A stretch of DNA of 64,000 bases. Origin: Elusimicrobiota bacterium. Its GTDB lineage: Bacteria; Elusimicrobiota; Elusimicrobia; UBA1565; UBA9628. A model generated the notes under the pieces. That model was not told where the DNA came from and did not search any database. It worked only from the letters and a program-made list of their open reading frames with translations. Made by a program: the position numbers and the translations under genes. Of this stretch, positions 54,840 through 64,000 are shown piece after piece. Location: NCBI GenBank assembly GCA_027406905.1, contig DAHZHT010000005.1, positions 50,080 through 114,079 on the forward strand. The letters run 5' to 3'. Position 1 is the first letter of the stretch. Every line of letters begins with the position of its first letter.

Positions 54840-57406
54840 GCCTGGACCTTAAGAACTCCGTAGCAAGCGCGGATATCGCGGGCCAACTCCGCCGCGCTTT
54901 GATATCTCGCCTCCGGGTTTTTTGCCAAACCCCGGTTTAAAATCGCCGACACCGATGGCGGAAGAGAAGGCGCGATCGAAAGAGGATCGGGATGGGGATC
55001 GTTGGCGATTTGAAAGAGAAGCGCCCCAATTCCATCTCCTCCTTTAAACGGCTTTTCTCCGGTCAAAAGTTCAAAAAGAACCACGCTGAGGGAAAAAATA
55101 TCCGAGCGCCCATCGACTTTTTTTCCAGCGACCTGCTCAGGACTCATATAAGCGGGCGTTCCCATCACGGTTCCAGTCGCCGTCTTAGAAGAGGTCATGA
55201 CGCGGGCGATTCCAAAATCAGCGACGCGAAGACTTCCGTCTTTGAGAATCATGATATTAGCGGGTTTAATATCTCGATGGACAACTCCCTGCTGATGGGC
55301 ATAGGCCAAAGCGTCCGCCACGGTCGCGACATATTCCATCGCCGATTTCAGTGGAATCAAATGCCCCTTTTCAGTGTAAGCCGCTAAACTTTGCCCTTCC
55401 AAAAACTCCATGGCGATATAGGCCACGTCATCTTCTTCTCCGGCGTCAAAAATGCGGATGATATTGGGATGATTTAATTTCCCCGCCGCCTCCGCTTCCC
55501 GGAAAAATCTCTCTTTAATTTCCTTGACGGATTGAGGATCCGCCTCTTCTCCAAGGCTCATCGTCTTAATCGCGACCCAACGGTTAATTTTAGGGTCCTT
55601 GCCTAAATAGACAATCCCCATCGCGCCGCGGCCCAATTCTTTTTGAATTTCGTATCGGCCCAGGGTTGGCTTGGCCGCTCCCGCGGCGATGACGACGGTT
55701 CCTTCCTTTTTAGAGCCGATAGAGCTCTTTAAAACCGCCCCACTGGCGGCGGATTTAAGAACCGTCATTTTAGATTGAATATCTTTATACTTGGGGTCTT
55801 TCTTAGCGATCAAATCCAAAACCGAAGCGGCCTTGGCGAATTGCCTCTTTCGCTCAAAATCCAAGGCGAGATTGTAAAGGATTTCCTTCATCGCCTCATC
55901 CAGAGGACATAGGCGAAACTTCTCAAAAGCGAGATCGAGCATCCCTTGCCCCTGAAAGGAAAGTCCCAGCATCTTATTGGTCTCAATGGCGGAAGCCTCA
56001 ACCAATTCCTTGCCTTTTTCGGTCACAAAAAATCGCCGGACAACCCCAATCAAATATCCTAAAGCCAGTAAAACGGCCGGATAGCTGGTTTTAACCCATT
56101 CCCCTAGAAGGAAAAAATAACTTCCCGCGCCCAAAATGAACACAAACAATATAAAACTCAGCGCAAAACCCCAGAAAGCGGAAAGAAAAGGCAACGCTAG
56201 GATCACAAAAGCCCCAACCAAGGCAATCAAGCCCCATTCTAATTTGGGCGCCCACGGCGGGCGGGAGATAAAGCGATTTTCCAAAATATTAGAGGTAATA
56301 TTGGCCAGGACCTCGACCGGCGGAATTAAAGGGGCCAAGGGAGTGGCATATGGAGTAGCGATGCCGGTGGCAGTGAGGCCCACCAGGACAATCTTATTTT
56401 TAAACGCCTCCATATCCACGTGTCCATCCATCACGTCGCTAAAAGAATAGTATCTAAAGGTTCGATAAGGCCCATTAAACAAGATCATCATCTGGCTTTT
56501 GGAATTGAGAGGAATATGGGTCTGGGCAAAATCGACGGATTGACCTTGAGAAAAAGTCGCCGAAGAGGGCGATAATTTCTCGAAAGCCAAGGCCAGGGCC
56601 AAGGAATAGGCCGGAATATAGGAATTTTTATAGCGCATGACGGGATAAACCCGCCTTAAAATTCCATCGGAGTCCGGTTTTAGATTGGCGTGTCCAACGC
56701 CAAGGGCGGCTTGAGCGAAAATAGCGATTGGATACGCCGGATCAAAGCCCTTTGGGATGAGCGATTGGTTCATGCCAGGCGTCACCGCCAAACGAACGCT
56801 CGCGCTTGAAAATAGAGGAGGAGTCGCTGCGGCTTGGGAATGTTCATATCCTCTTTCGGTAAAAACAAGCGGCAAAACGACATTCCCGGATTTTTCAATC
56901 GCCGAGGCCAGGCGCGCATCCGCATCTAAGCGAACTTCCTCGGATGAAATCAAGGCCTCAAATAAATGATGCTGATCAAAAATTTTGCGAGATGAGGTCA
57001 AGCGCTGGTAATTCTCGCTAATGGTTTGAAGAGCCTTGATGCCGCGGTCATTTTCCGGTTCGGAATAGATAATATCAAGGCCGATAACTCCCGCCTGCGC
57101 CTCTTTGAGCTTATCCAAGAGTTTCGCAATTCTGGTTCGAGGCCAGGGCCAGCGCCCCAACTGCTCAATTGAATTATTGTCAATCGCGATAATGGCCATT
57201 TCCCGGCCGGAGCTCAAGTCCTGGCGAAGAGTGGACCTCCAGTCATAGAATTTGCGCTCAAAAGACCTAAAAGCGGGAAAGGCCGCAGGAAAGCGATAGC
57301 CCAAAGAAACGCAGGAGGTCAAAAAAACCCCTAATAAAAGATCCCAGACAAGTCCTTTCTTTCTCAACATTATTTTAAGGCCGCTTCCAAAAGTGTAGCG
57401 GAACAA
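54836..57406 (-). CDS. CHASE2-sensor transmembrane Ser/Thr protein kinase
   Basis: C-terminal Hanks kinase with GRGAMGIVYLG, VAIK, HRDIKPANIM and DFGIAR. N-terminal ~400-aa extracytoplasmic CHASE2-like region followed by TM helices. ATGA overlap with the PP2C gene. Confidence 0.85.
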   Translation of the reverse strand: MFRYTFGSGLKIMLRKKGLVWDLLLGVFLTSCVSLGYRFPAAFPAFRSFERKFYDWRSTLRQDLSSGREMAIIAIDNNSIEQLGRWPWPRTRIAKLLDKLKEAQAGVIGLDIIYSEPENDRGIKALQTISENYQRLTSSRKIFDQHHLFEALISSEEVRLDADARLASAIEKSGNVVLPLVFTERGYEHSQAAATPPLFSSASVRLAVTPGMNQSLIPKGFDPAYPIAIFAQAALGVGHANLKPDSDGILRRVYPVMRYKNSYIPAYSLALALAFEKLSPSSATFSQGQSVDFAQTHIPLNSKSQMMILFNGPYRTFRYYSFSDVMDGHVDMEAFKNKIVLVGLTATGIATPYATPLAPLIPPVEVLANITSNILENRFISRPPWAPKLEWGLIALVGAFVILALPFLSAFWGFALSFILFVFILGAGSYFFLLGEWVKTSYPAVLLALGYLIGVVRRFFVTEKGKELVEASAIETNKMLGLSFQGQGMLDLAFEKFRLCPLDEAMKEILYNLALDFERKRQFAKAASVLDLIAKKDPKYKDIQSKMTVLKSAASGAVLKSSIGSKKEGTVVIAAGAAKPTLGRYEIQKELGRGAMGIVYLGKDPKINRWVAIKTMSLGEEADPQSVKEIKERFFREAEAAGKLNHPNIIRIFDAGEEDDVAYIAMEFLEGQSLAAYTEKGHLIPLKSAMEYVATVADALAYAHQQGVVHRDIKPANIMILKDGSLRVADFGIARVMTSSKTATGTVMGTPAYMSPEQVAGKKVDGRSDIFSLSVVLFELLTGEKPFKGGDGIGALLFQIANDPHPDPLSIAPSLPPSVSAILNRGLAKNPEARYQSAAELARDIRACYGVLKVQA

Positions 57407-57519
57407 TCGCTTTCTGTCAACCCGAAATTTTAGGCCGCTTAGGTAAAAATAGCCCAGAATTGAGCGGCAGGAATATCAAAACTATTGACAACATCCGCAG
57501 CTCCTGCAATACTAAATTG

Positions 57520-59499
57520 ATGTTTCCAAAGAGACTCCTTCTGTTTTGGGCGCTGGCGATTTTAATTTTTGGCGGCGTCCCTCATCTTTTCGCGAAAGAT
57601 TCATCACAACCTCTCAATCTCCAGACCCTCGCCATTCCAAAAGCGGAAAAAAATAATTTCCTCTGCCTTGGCTACCGCTTTGAAGCGGAGCATCTCCGCG
57701 CGCCGGATGGGCATCTAGTCACCGAGGAAGAATACGCCCAAGACACAAAACAAGCCTTTAATTACAAGCGTTGGATCAAATCCTTTCTCTCAAAACAGAA
57801 GTCCTCGATATCCCCTGATCAGGAAGAATCAGAAATGGGAGGGAGACTGGTCAATCACAACTACCGTCTCGATCCCGAAACCGCGCATGTCCTTTCGCCG
57901 GAATACCGGGCTCTCGACATTATTGAAGGAAAATGTCTGTTTAGGCGCTTATTCAGCGCGCGGTCAAGCCACCTTTCCCAAACATCCATCGAAAGCGCTG
58001 CGGCGGAAATCGGCTATACCCAAAAGATCTGCGCTCAGTTCCCCGAATCTTGCGCCCAGCAAAAAAAACTTCTCGAGAAAAAACTAAATCTCTTCGCGGC
58101 CCAGGACCCCGCGCTTAAAAGACTCCTCAAATCAGATCCTAATTTCCAAGCGAATCTCATGGGCGCCTACCAAAAACTCCGAGCGCGGTTTGATGGAGAA
58201 CAAAAGCCCTCTTCGCTCATTAATAGGGCTCTCGGAAAATATTCGACCAACCTAGAACCTCTTCCCGCTTACAATGCTCGGGAGAATTTCATCAGCCACT
58301 CTCTCCAAAAACAGGTAATCGCCAAACTTTCGCGCAATCCGGAGGGACACAAGGTTTTAGAACGCCTTAAGGTCAACGGCAAAATCGTCCTTCCTCCTAT
58401 TTTTGTCTTGGAAACCCGCAATTCGGGAGCGTTTTACCAGTGGACTCCGCAAGGAGATCGCGTGGTTTTAAACGCCGACTATGTTTTTGAAGGGCTACCT
58501 AACGAGAAAAAACTGATCTCTGATTTTAGAGCCGGGAATCGCTATCTCGCGAAGCACCCCGAAGCTCTCAAGGGCTATCTCGAGAAATACGACAATGTTT
58601 TAGCTCATGAACTCACCCATACCTGGCAGGAAAGAAAGGATCATTTGAGTTCTCTCGCTTCTGTCAATCTCCTGCCCGGACGCGACTATATTGAAGAGGA
58701 GAAAGAAGCTTTTTTAACCGAAGCGCGCTATCTCTCATATGCCGCGCTTAAAAACCCGAAGAAAGCCATGGAGCGCCCTTATTTCTATGGAAGAGTCCTT
58801 CCCTTCCTTCACAACCCCCGGCAATTTTCGGACAGCGTCCAAGATACCTATATGTTTCTCTATGGTTCAAATGTCGCGACTTTTAAAACCGCCGAAAAAA
58901 TCACGTGGGAACAAAAAGAGATTGATAAAAATCTGGCCGCTCCCCCGCCCGAGGCAAGCGTCTTAACCGCGTCTCTTTCAGCCACAGACGCTCAAAAAAT
59001 AACCCGCTGGCTTAAAGCAAAACTTAGTCTCGCCAGCGACTCTAAGGAGTTTGCCAAAGCAAGCTCCCTCAGCCGCGATTATGACAGGCGAATAGGAAAA
59101 TTAATCGCCGACTCCGGCGGGTTGATACAAAAAACGACAAGAAAACTCGGAGAATGGGATACGGCTCAGGCGTTTAAAGCGCGAAATCCTTATATCAAGA
59201 TTGGCTACTTAACGGACGCAATGCGGTATGGTAAAAACACGGCGCCGGAAATAGATTCTCTTCTTAAAAAGAAAGGCCTCCGCCGCGACCAGGCGGTAAA
59301 GGAGATGATTCATTTGGCAAAAAATATGGCGCTTAAAAGTCATGGGACCGAATCAAGCAGTCAAGCGATTAATTTTCGCGACCTCCTCCAAGGAGTTCAG
59401 TATTTACGCGCCTCATCCGCAGGCGAAATATCTTCTCAAATTAATTGGATATGGTCCTGCGGCGCCTATGGGAAAAATTGCGAGCGCTTGGAAAAATGA
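57520..59499 (+). CDS. secreted hypothetical protein with HExxH(+E) zinc-metallopeptidase-like motif
   Basis: Signal peptide MFPKRLLLFWALAILIFGGVPHLFA. VLAHELTHTWQ with EEEKEAF about 28 aa downstream. No wider family recognised. Confidence 0.45.
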   Translation: MFPKRLLLFWALAILIFGGVPHLFAKDSSQPLNLQTLAIPKAEKNNFLCLGYRFEAEHLRAPDGHLVTEEEYAQDTKQAFNYKRWIKSFLSKQKSSISPDQEESEMGGRLVNHNYRLDPETAHVLSPEYRALDIIEGKCLFRRLFSARSSHLSQTSIESAAAEIGYTQKICAQFPESCAQQKKLLEKKLNLFAAQDPALKRLLKSDPNFQANLMGAYQKLRARFDGEQKPSSLINRALGKYSTNLEPLPAYNARENFISHSLQKQVIAKLSRNPEGHKVLERLKVNGKIVLPPIFVLETRNSGAFYQWTPQGDRVVLNADYVFEGLPNEKKLISDFRAGNRYLAKHPEALKGYLEKYDNVLAHELTHTWQERKDHLSSLASVNLLPGRDYIEEEKEAFLTEARYLSYAALKNPKKAMERPYFYGRVLPFLHNPRQFSDSVQDTYMFLYGSNVATFKTAEKITWEQKEIDKNLAAPPPEASVLTASLSATDAQKITRWLKAKLSLASDSKEFAKASSLSRDYDRRIGKLIADSGGLIQKTTRKLGEWDTAQAFKARNPYIKIGYLTDAMRYGKNTAPEIDSLLKKKGLRRDQAVKEMIHLAKNMALKSHGTESSSQAINFRDLLQGVQYLRASSAGEISSQINWIWSCGAYGKNCERLEK

Positions 59500-60113
59500 T
59501 AAAAAAAACGCTGCCGTTTTTATTACTGATCGCTCTACTCTGGGCGGCATGTTCTAAAGGCTCCGCGGGAACTCCTAAAAAAAATGGAAATCAAGCGGAA
59601 AACGCCGAAGTTATCTACTCGGATCCCCAGCGCTCTTTCTCTTGCTCAATTCCCGGTTCTTGGGGGGTTGACGAAACGGAAGCCGGCGGGATTTACTCAA
59701 CCGTTAATTTTCACAGTCCGGGGCAAACATCCACGATCCGGATCGAGCGCTATATCAAAGGAACGGTTGCCGGGAATGACACGCCCAAGGAGTACATCCG
59801 CAACAGGCGGCTTGACGCGATGGAGCCAGAGACCGGCGGCTATTTTCGCGAAAAACCTTTCCCCCTCCGAAACAAGAAGGGATTTCATTTCGTAACGGTC
59901 GAGGCAGTCCCCCAAATGCCTCAGCCCTGGAACGGAACAAAGGAAGCCTATGGAACCAAGACGACCGCCTTGCGCGATGAAGAAGTCGTCTTGCCGGATA
60001 CGAACGGCTTCTATGTCATCGCCTATATTTGCGATCCTAAAATCAGTTGCAATCAGGAAACTGTCTTTCAAAACGTCGTCAAGACCTTCGCTATCAATGC
60101 GGCTAAAAAGTGA
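59496..60113 (+). CDS. hypothetical lipoprotein
   Basis: Lipobox LLWAAC-S after the signal peptide. ATG overlaps the stop of the upstream HExxH gene (ATGA). Confidence 0.5.
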   Translation: MIKKTLPFLLLIALLWAACSKGSAGTPKKNGNQAENAEVIYSDPQRSFSCSIPGSWGVDETEAGGIYSTVNFHSPGQTSTIRIERYIKGTVAGNDTPKEYIRNRRLDAMEPETGGYFREKPFPLRNKKGFHFVTVEAVPQMPQPWNGTKEAYGTKTTALRDEEVVLPDTNGFYVIAYICDPKISCNQETVFQNVVKTFAINAAKK

Positions 60114-60181
60114 GGATATCGGCGCAAAATCTCTAAAGCGCACCCGCGATTAAAAGGCGCAATTGATTGAAGAAGCAGACT

Positions 60182-60652
60182 CTAGCGGCGAACCAGGAAG
60201 GTGACCCAAGAACTCTCTTCCCCAAGGTATTTTTCGTACACCAATCCCTCATTGGGAGCGTAGAATCTTTCAATGGAACCGGTGTTTTTATCGGTCGCTA
60301 CAACCTTGAGACAATGATCAACGAGTCCGCTCGGGGTTTGGATTGAGGCGTTTAAAGATTCGACGCTGCAATATGGATAGCGGCTTGAGTCGTCCCATTC
60401 GTCATGGATATTGGGAGAAGCGGGAAGAAGCAGATGCCCTCGAGAATGAACGCCCGCCCGATCTTTGATGATTTCGTAGGTGAACGGCGGGTTTCCCATC
60501 CATCTTTCCTTTATCGTGGCCACGAACTCTCCGCCATTCTGTTTGAGAGAACTCAGCTCGCGCACGGTTTGACCGATGGCGGGAGGCTCGCTGAAGGTGA
60601 TGCTGACATAAATCCAGAGTTTTCCCGAAGATAAAGGATAGTAATCAGGCAT
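60182..60652 (-). CDS. hypothetical cytoplasmic protein
   Basis: 156-aa ORF 18 nt downstream of the PLD-like gene on the same strand. No recognisable motif. Confidence 0.35.
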   Translation of the reverse strand: MPDYYPLSSGKLWIYVSITFSEPPAIGQTVRELSSLKQNGGEFVATIKERWMGNPPFTYEIIKDRAGVHSRGHLLLPASPNIHDEWDDSSRYPYCSVESLNASIQTPSGLVDHCLKVVATDKNTGSIERFYAPNEGLVYEKYLGEESSWVTFLVRR

Positions 60653-60669
60653 GAATTTCTCCCAGAAAC

Positions 60670-62643
60670 TTAACTATTTTTTGGATTTTCCGACTCCGGG
60701 TTGGGGCGAGTCGGGGTTTGCAACAAATCGGGCTCTGTTGCCATACTCCAAAGGGCCTCAAGATAATTTGTGATGGAAGCAAGGTAGCCGCCTTTAAGGT
60801 AGAGGGTATTTTCGAAATTATTGCGAGTCCCGTTGACACTCATATTGGTTGACCCTGTCGCCACGATCCCATCGCCTTTGGGATCGCCTATAACCAGCTT
60901 ATTGTGGAATAAACCATCATTGTTGAGACCCGAAATAACGCGCACCTGCGCGCCCGCTTCCTTGAGATGCCGCATGGCGGCAATCGAAGCCGCATTATGG
61001 GATTGCCGTTGATCGGCCAGAATCCGAACCGGCAGGCCGGAACCCAAACGATCCAAAAGCTCTGACATCATGGAAGGCCAAGGATAAAAAGCGAACATTC
61101 CAATGAATATTTCTTGTTTCGCGGCCTTGACAATTTGAATCCAGGCGTCATCGGTTCCTCCCTCAGGAGAAAAAGAGGCGACGGGAAGAGAAACGCCATT
61201 GAAACTTTGACCCAGCGAATCATCCGCGGGAATGGGGGATTGAATACTAGGCTCTTCGGGATCAAGATCCTCTGAAAAAGTGCGCGCGATGCTTTTCATC
61301 CAGGTAAAATTCTTTTGGTAGAGATCAATGAGTTTCTGGTCGTCAATTAAAACGACATTTTCCCAATTGCTGGCCTGGGTGTGAGCGGAATAATTGTAGG
61401 ATCCTGTCTGTAATATTCTCGAGGTTTGGCCATTGGGAAGAGGGATATTCCAAAGGCGATATTTTGAGTGTTGGATCCCGATTCTCCCCAAACCTTTTAG
61501 GATAGAAATCTGCAAGTTTTTATTTCCCGCGAGATAGGCGTCAACCAACTTTTGGAGTTGGGGACTACGAGTCTGATGGAACTCTTGATTTTCCCGTCCC
61601 ATTTTCTCAGGAAACATATTTGAATAATCCACGATAATGTCATAGGATTTCCCTTGCTTAATTCCCTCGAGTATGGAATCAACGTCTTGGTCCAAGGTCT
61701 CTTCATACATCGCGATTTGGGTTTGTTGGCTGGCAAGATTGGCGCGAGCTAAAATTGAGGGAATGTCATCTCCGACTTCTCCTCCCGGACGATTAGGGAA
61801 GAGCGTTCTCGCTACGGATTGGCCAGCAATGTTGATGGTGTCTTTTCCATCCAGAGCGGGGAAATTCAACATTCTGGAAGCCAAAGAAGAAGCTGGAATT
61901 TGTTTTTCAGCGGGCCGGTCAAGTTCCTGCGCTGCGGAAAGGTCATAGAAAGAAAAATTTCTCATGAGCTGCCAAGCATAAGACCCCTCTTTTGGATTTT
62001 GACCACTTTTCCAAAACGGTTTGAGAGTTTCAGTAATATGGCGCACTTGCGCCGAAGTCAGGTCACGACTGATGCTTTTGACCAACTCCTTCTGGCTCTT
62101 GCTGATGGCATAAATTTTGGCCAAAGGAAGGAGAGCGGCATCTAAGTCTTTTGAGGCGTTGAAGGCGCCCGGGGAAACCGAAGAATTGGTTTGTTTTTGA
62201 AATTCCTTATAATAGGCTTTTAAAGCGGAGAAAACTTTGGGGGCGGACGCTTTTTGAGCTTCTTTAAGGCGAGAAGATATTTTCGCGACTAACGCCTGGC
62301 GCGTATTTTCATCAGTTGAAGCGGCGGCCGCCGCAATGTCTTCTTTTAATTGAGAAACAGATTCCGGAGAAAGCTCATTGAGAATGGGCGAGAGTAAAAC
62401 AGGGGCTAAATAAGAATTCCGAGAGAAAATACCGAGGTCCATTCCGCCAGAATTTCCAGAAAATTCTTTCCAAGTTCCAAGGGTTTCAAAAGTAGGTAGC
62501 GCAGCGGACAGGGAACCAGAATTGAAGAGGGGCTGTGAAAACAGCGGCGACATACCAACTGGTTCCTCGCTGACCTCAGCGCTCCAGGCCACAGAAGAGA
62601 GGCAGAAAAGCAAAACAAAAATCTTAACAACAGAACGATGCAT
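60670..62643 (-). CDS. secreted phospholipase D-superfamily protein (two HKD motifs) with ~350-aa N-terminal extension
   Basis: Signal peptide MHRSVVKIFVLLFCLSSVAWSA. HKD-like motifs IQHSKYRLWN...GSYNYS and LFHNKLVIGD...GSTNMS. Confidence 0.65.
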   Translation of the reverse strand: MHRSVVKIFVLLFCLSSVAWSAEVSEEPVGMSPLFSQPLFNSGSLSAALPTFETLGTWKEFSGNSGGMDLGIFSRNSYLAPVLLSPILNELSPESVSQLKEDIAAAAASTDENTRQALVAKISSRLKEAQKASAPKVFSALKAYYKEFQKQTNSSVSPGAFNASKDLDAALLPLAKIYAISKSQKELVKSISRDLTSAQVRHITETLKPFWKSGQNPKEGSYAWQLMRNFSFYDLSAAQELDRPAEKQIPASSLASRMLNFPALDGKDTINIAGQSVARTLFPNRPGGEVGDDIPSILARANLASQQTQIAMYEETLDQDVDSILEGIKQGKSYDIIVDYSNMFPEKMGRENQEFHQTRSPQLQKLVDAYLAGNKNLQISILKGLGRIGIQHSKYRLWNIPLPNGQTSRILQTGSYNYSAHTQASNWENVVLIDDQKLIDLYQKNFTWMKSIARTFSEDLDPEEPSIQSPIPADDSLGQSFNGVSLPVASFSPEGGTDDAWIQIVKAAKQEIFIGMFAFYPWPSMMSELLDRLGSGLPVRILADQRQSHNAASIAAMRHLKEAGAQVRVISGLNNDGLFHNKLVIGDPKGDGIVATGSTNMSVNGTRNNFENTLYLKGGYLASITNYLEALWSMATEPDLLQTPTRPNPESENPKNS

Positions 62644-62831
62644 GGAAGGCTCCTTTGAGGCTCTTCGAAAAATCCACTCCATCCATAGATTTATTTTAAG
62701 CGATTTTGCTCAAGTTCAATAGGGCCAAAGGGCCTAGACAGGTTTCAGCAAAAGGCCTAGATGAAAAGAAGTTTGAGATGATTTGATGCGAACTCTTGAG
62801 ACTCCTTCGGTAAAAATATAGAATAGGAGTC

Positions 62832-63017
62832 ATGAAGAGACGAGATTTGGTTAAATATCTCACCGACAACGGATGCGTGCTGATACGAGAAGGCGGGAAA
62901 TACTCCATTTATCAAAATCCCGTCAATCAAAAAGAAGTCCCCATCACCCGGCACCCCGAAATGGAAGATTTCGCGGCCCGGAAAGTCTGTAAGCAGCTCG
63001 GCCTTCCCCCGATTTAA
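62832..63017 (+). CDS. hicA: HicA-family mRNA-interferase toxin (YcfA-like)
   Basis: 61 aa. KRRDLVKYLTDNGCVLIREGGKYSIYQNP...VPITRHP fits HicA. Confidence 0.65.
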   Translation: MKRRDLVKYLTDNGCVLIREGGKYSIYQNPVNQKEVPITRHPEMEDFAARKVCKQLGLPPI

Positions 63018-63029
63018 AGGCTTTCCAGC

Positions 63030-63188
63030 CTAACGACGGATTAAAACAACCATCGAGTAGCCAAGAAAAATTCCGACAATGCCGGCAATTCCGGCCAATG
63101 TCGGCGGAGCCGGAACCGGCAAGCGCAAAAACCCAAAAAGAAAACCGCACCCGGCGCCGCTGATTAGACTCAGAATAATCGTTTTCAT
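63030..63188 (-). CDS. 52-aa two-TM small membrane protein translationally coupled to the upstream GT2
   Basis: Not in the ORF track because it is under 60 aa. MKTIILSLISGAGCGFLFGFLRLPVPAPPTLAGIAGIVGIFLGYSMVVLIRR. Its ATG overlaps the GT2 stop (ATGA). Confidence 0.4.
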   Translation of the reverse strand: MKTIILSLISGAGCGFLFGFLRLPVPAPPTLAGIAGIVGIFLGYSMVVLIRR

Positions 63189-63892
63189 GGATTCATTCTA
63201 ACAAGTTTCATCAATCTAAAAATCAGGAGAAGATGAGCGCGCAATTCTCTATATAAATTTAATTTCGATTTTCCGTATTGGCGGTTTTCCAACGCCGCCG
63301 GAATTTCCGAAACTTTGAACCCGCAAATCCAAAAAAGGGCCGCAATCTCGGCGTTAATTTCAAAGCCCTCGCTTTGAACAGCGAGGCTTTTTAGACAAGA
63401 ACTCCGGTATAAGCGGAAAATGGAGGTAAAAGAAGAGAAGGGAATTCCACAAGCCCAGCGGTAGGAAAAATTAGCCAGACGGCTTAAAGCGCGTCTCCAG
63501 AACAACACCTGGGAAGCGAATTCATCTCCTATCCACGGAGAACCCGAAACCATATCGGATAAATTGCGCCTTTGATTTTCTATTAGCCGAGGAATCTGCC
63601 GCGGAGAAAAGGTTAAATCCGCGTCCAAAGCCAAAATCCATTCCCCCGCGGATGCGGCAAAACCGCTTTTAAGCGCTTTTCCCAAGCCCCGGTTTTCCCG
63701 ATGAATGATTAGTTTGATTTCTTGAGATTTTTCAAACCGCCTTAATATCTCTTGACTTCCATCGTTAGAGCCGTCGTCAACGACAATAAGCTCAAACTCT
63801 TCGCCAAGCGACTTTAAAATTGGAAAAAGAGATTCTGGAAAGCGGGCGATATTTTCTCGTTCATTGAAGCATGGAATGACAATTGAAATCAC
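63185..63892 (-). CDS. GT2 polyprenyl-phosphate glycosyltransferase (GtrB/ArnC/DPM1-like), second copy
   Basis: ISIVIPCFNEREN...IVVDDGSNDGS...DAD. Confidence 0.75.
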   Translation of the reverse strand: MISIVIPCFNERENIARFPESLFPILKSLGEEFELIVVDDGSNDGSQEILRRFEKSQEIKLIIHRENRGLGKALKSGFAASAGEWILALDADLTFSPRQIPRLIENQRRNLSDMVSGSPWIGDEFASQVLFWRRALSRLANFSYRWACGIPFSSFTSIFRLYRSSCLKSLAVQSEGFEINAEIAALFWICGFKVSEIPAALENRQYGKSKLNLYRELRAHLLLIFRLMKLVRMNP

Positions 63893-64000
63893 GATTTACC
63901 GTCTTTTCGATTGCGTCATTGATTTTCAAGAACCGTCCGTCATAAAAACCGCAACGGCAAAGGTTTGTATCAATTAAACGAGGCCCCAACTTAAATTAGG

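Noticed and set aside
1-64000. CRISPR arrays, rRNA genes, integrases or prophage structural genes
   Set aside because: No tandem direct repeats with spacers, no rRNA-like segments and no integrase or capsid-like ORFs were seen by eye. The only mobile DNA is the IS4 remnant.

Overview
This 64-kb window is mostly core chromosome from a bacterium with a Gram-negative-type envelope, roughly 50% GC, possibly an uncultivated lineage. Genes are tightly packed and several junctions overlap by the 4-nt ATGA start/stop arrangement. Core content: a partial AddA/UvrD-like helicase-nuclease; secG followed by tRNA-Leu(GAG); the rimP-nusA-infB-rbfA-truB operon ending in a riboflavin kinase that lacks the FAD-synthetase domain; a lone rmlD; an ftsX-like/envC-like/ctpA/tsaD run; queD next to a pteridine-reductase-like SDR; tlyA divergent from folD; a membrane cytochrome c divergent from copA; an envelope-remodelling operon (nagZ, HEAT-repeat protein, transglutaminase-like protein, DUF4097-like protein); bioY; cspA with a terminator; coaD; a GAF-HD-GYP protein; rsmI-tsaC-glyA-mtnP-cdd; accB-accC plus a PAP2 phosphatase; and a tandem-FHA / PP2C / CHASE2 Ser/Thr kinase cassette. 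Accessory content: (i) at 32.2-44.8 kb, a nucleotide-sugar/glycan locus. It combines a cobalamin-binding radical-SAM enzyme, a split thiamine-diphosphate E1 alpha/beta pair, a ColD-like sugar 3-dehydratase with His in place of the usual Lys, an Fcl/ColC-like epimerase-reductase, an SDR epimerase, a GHMP sugar kinase with a nucleotidyltransferase, an LhgO-like FAD oxidoreductase, and a GT2 plus GT-C (ArnC/ArnT-like) pair. An IS4-family transposase remnant cuts this locus and leaves only a 28-codon stub of a Rossmann-fold gene that was translationally coupled to the ColD-like gene. (ii) at 18.7-20.2 kb, an overlapping HNH endonuclease + metallophosphoesterase pair. (iii) at 57.5-63.2 kb, a secreted HExxH protein with a coupled lipoprotein, a secreted two-HKD PLD-family protein, an orphan hicA, and a small membrane ORF coupled to a second GT2. 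No CRISPR array, rRNA or integrase was seen. All coordinates come from the ORF track plus hand-reading and may be off by a few nt where I moved a start codon.
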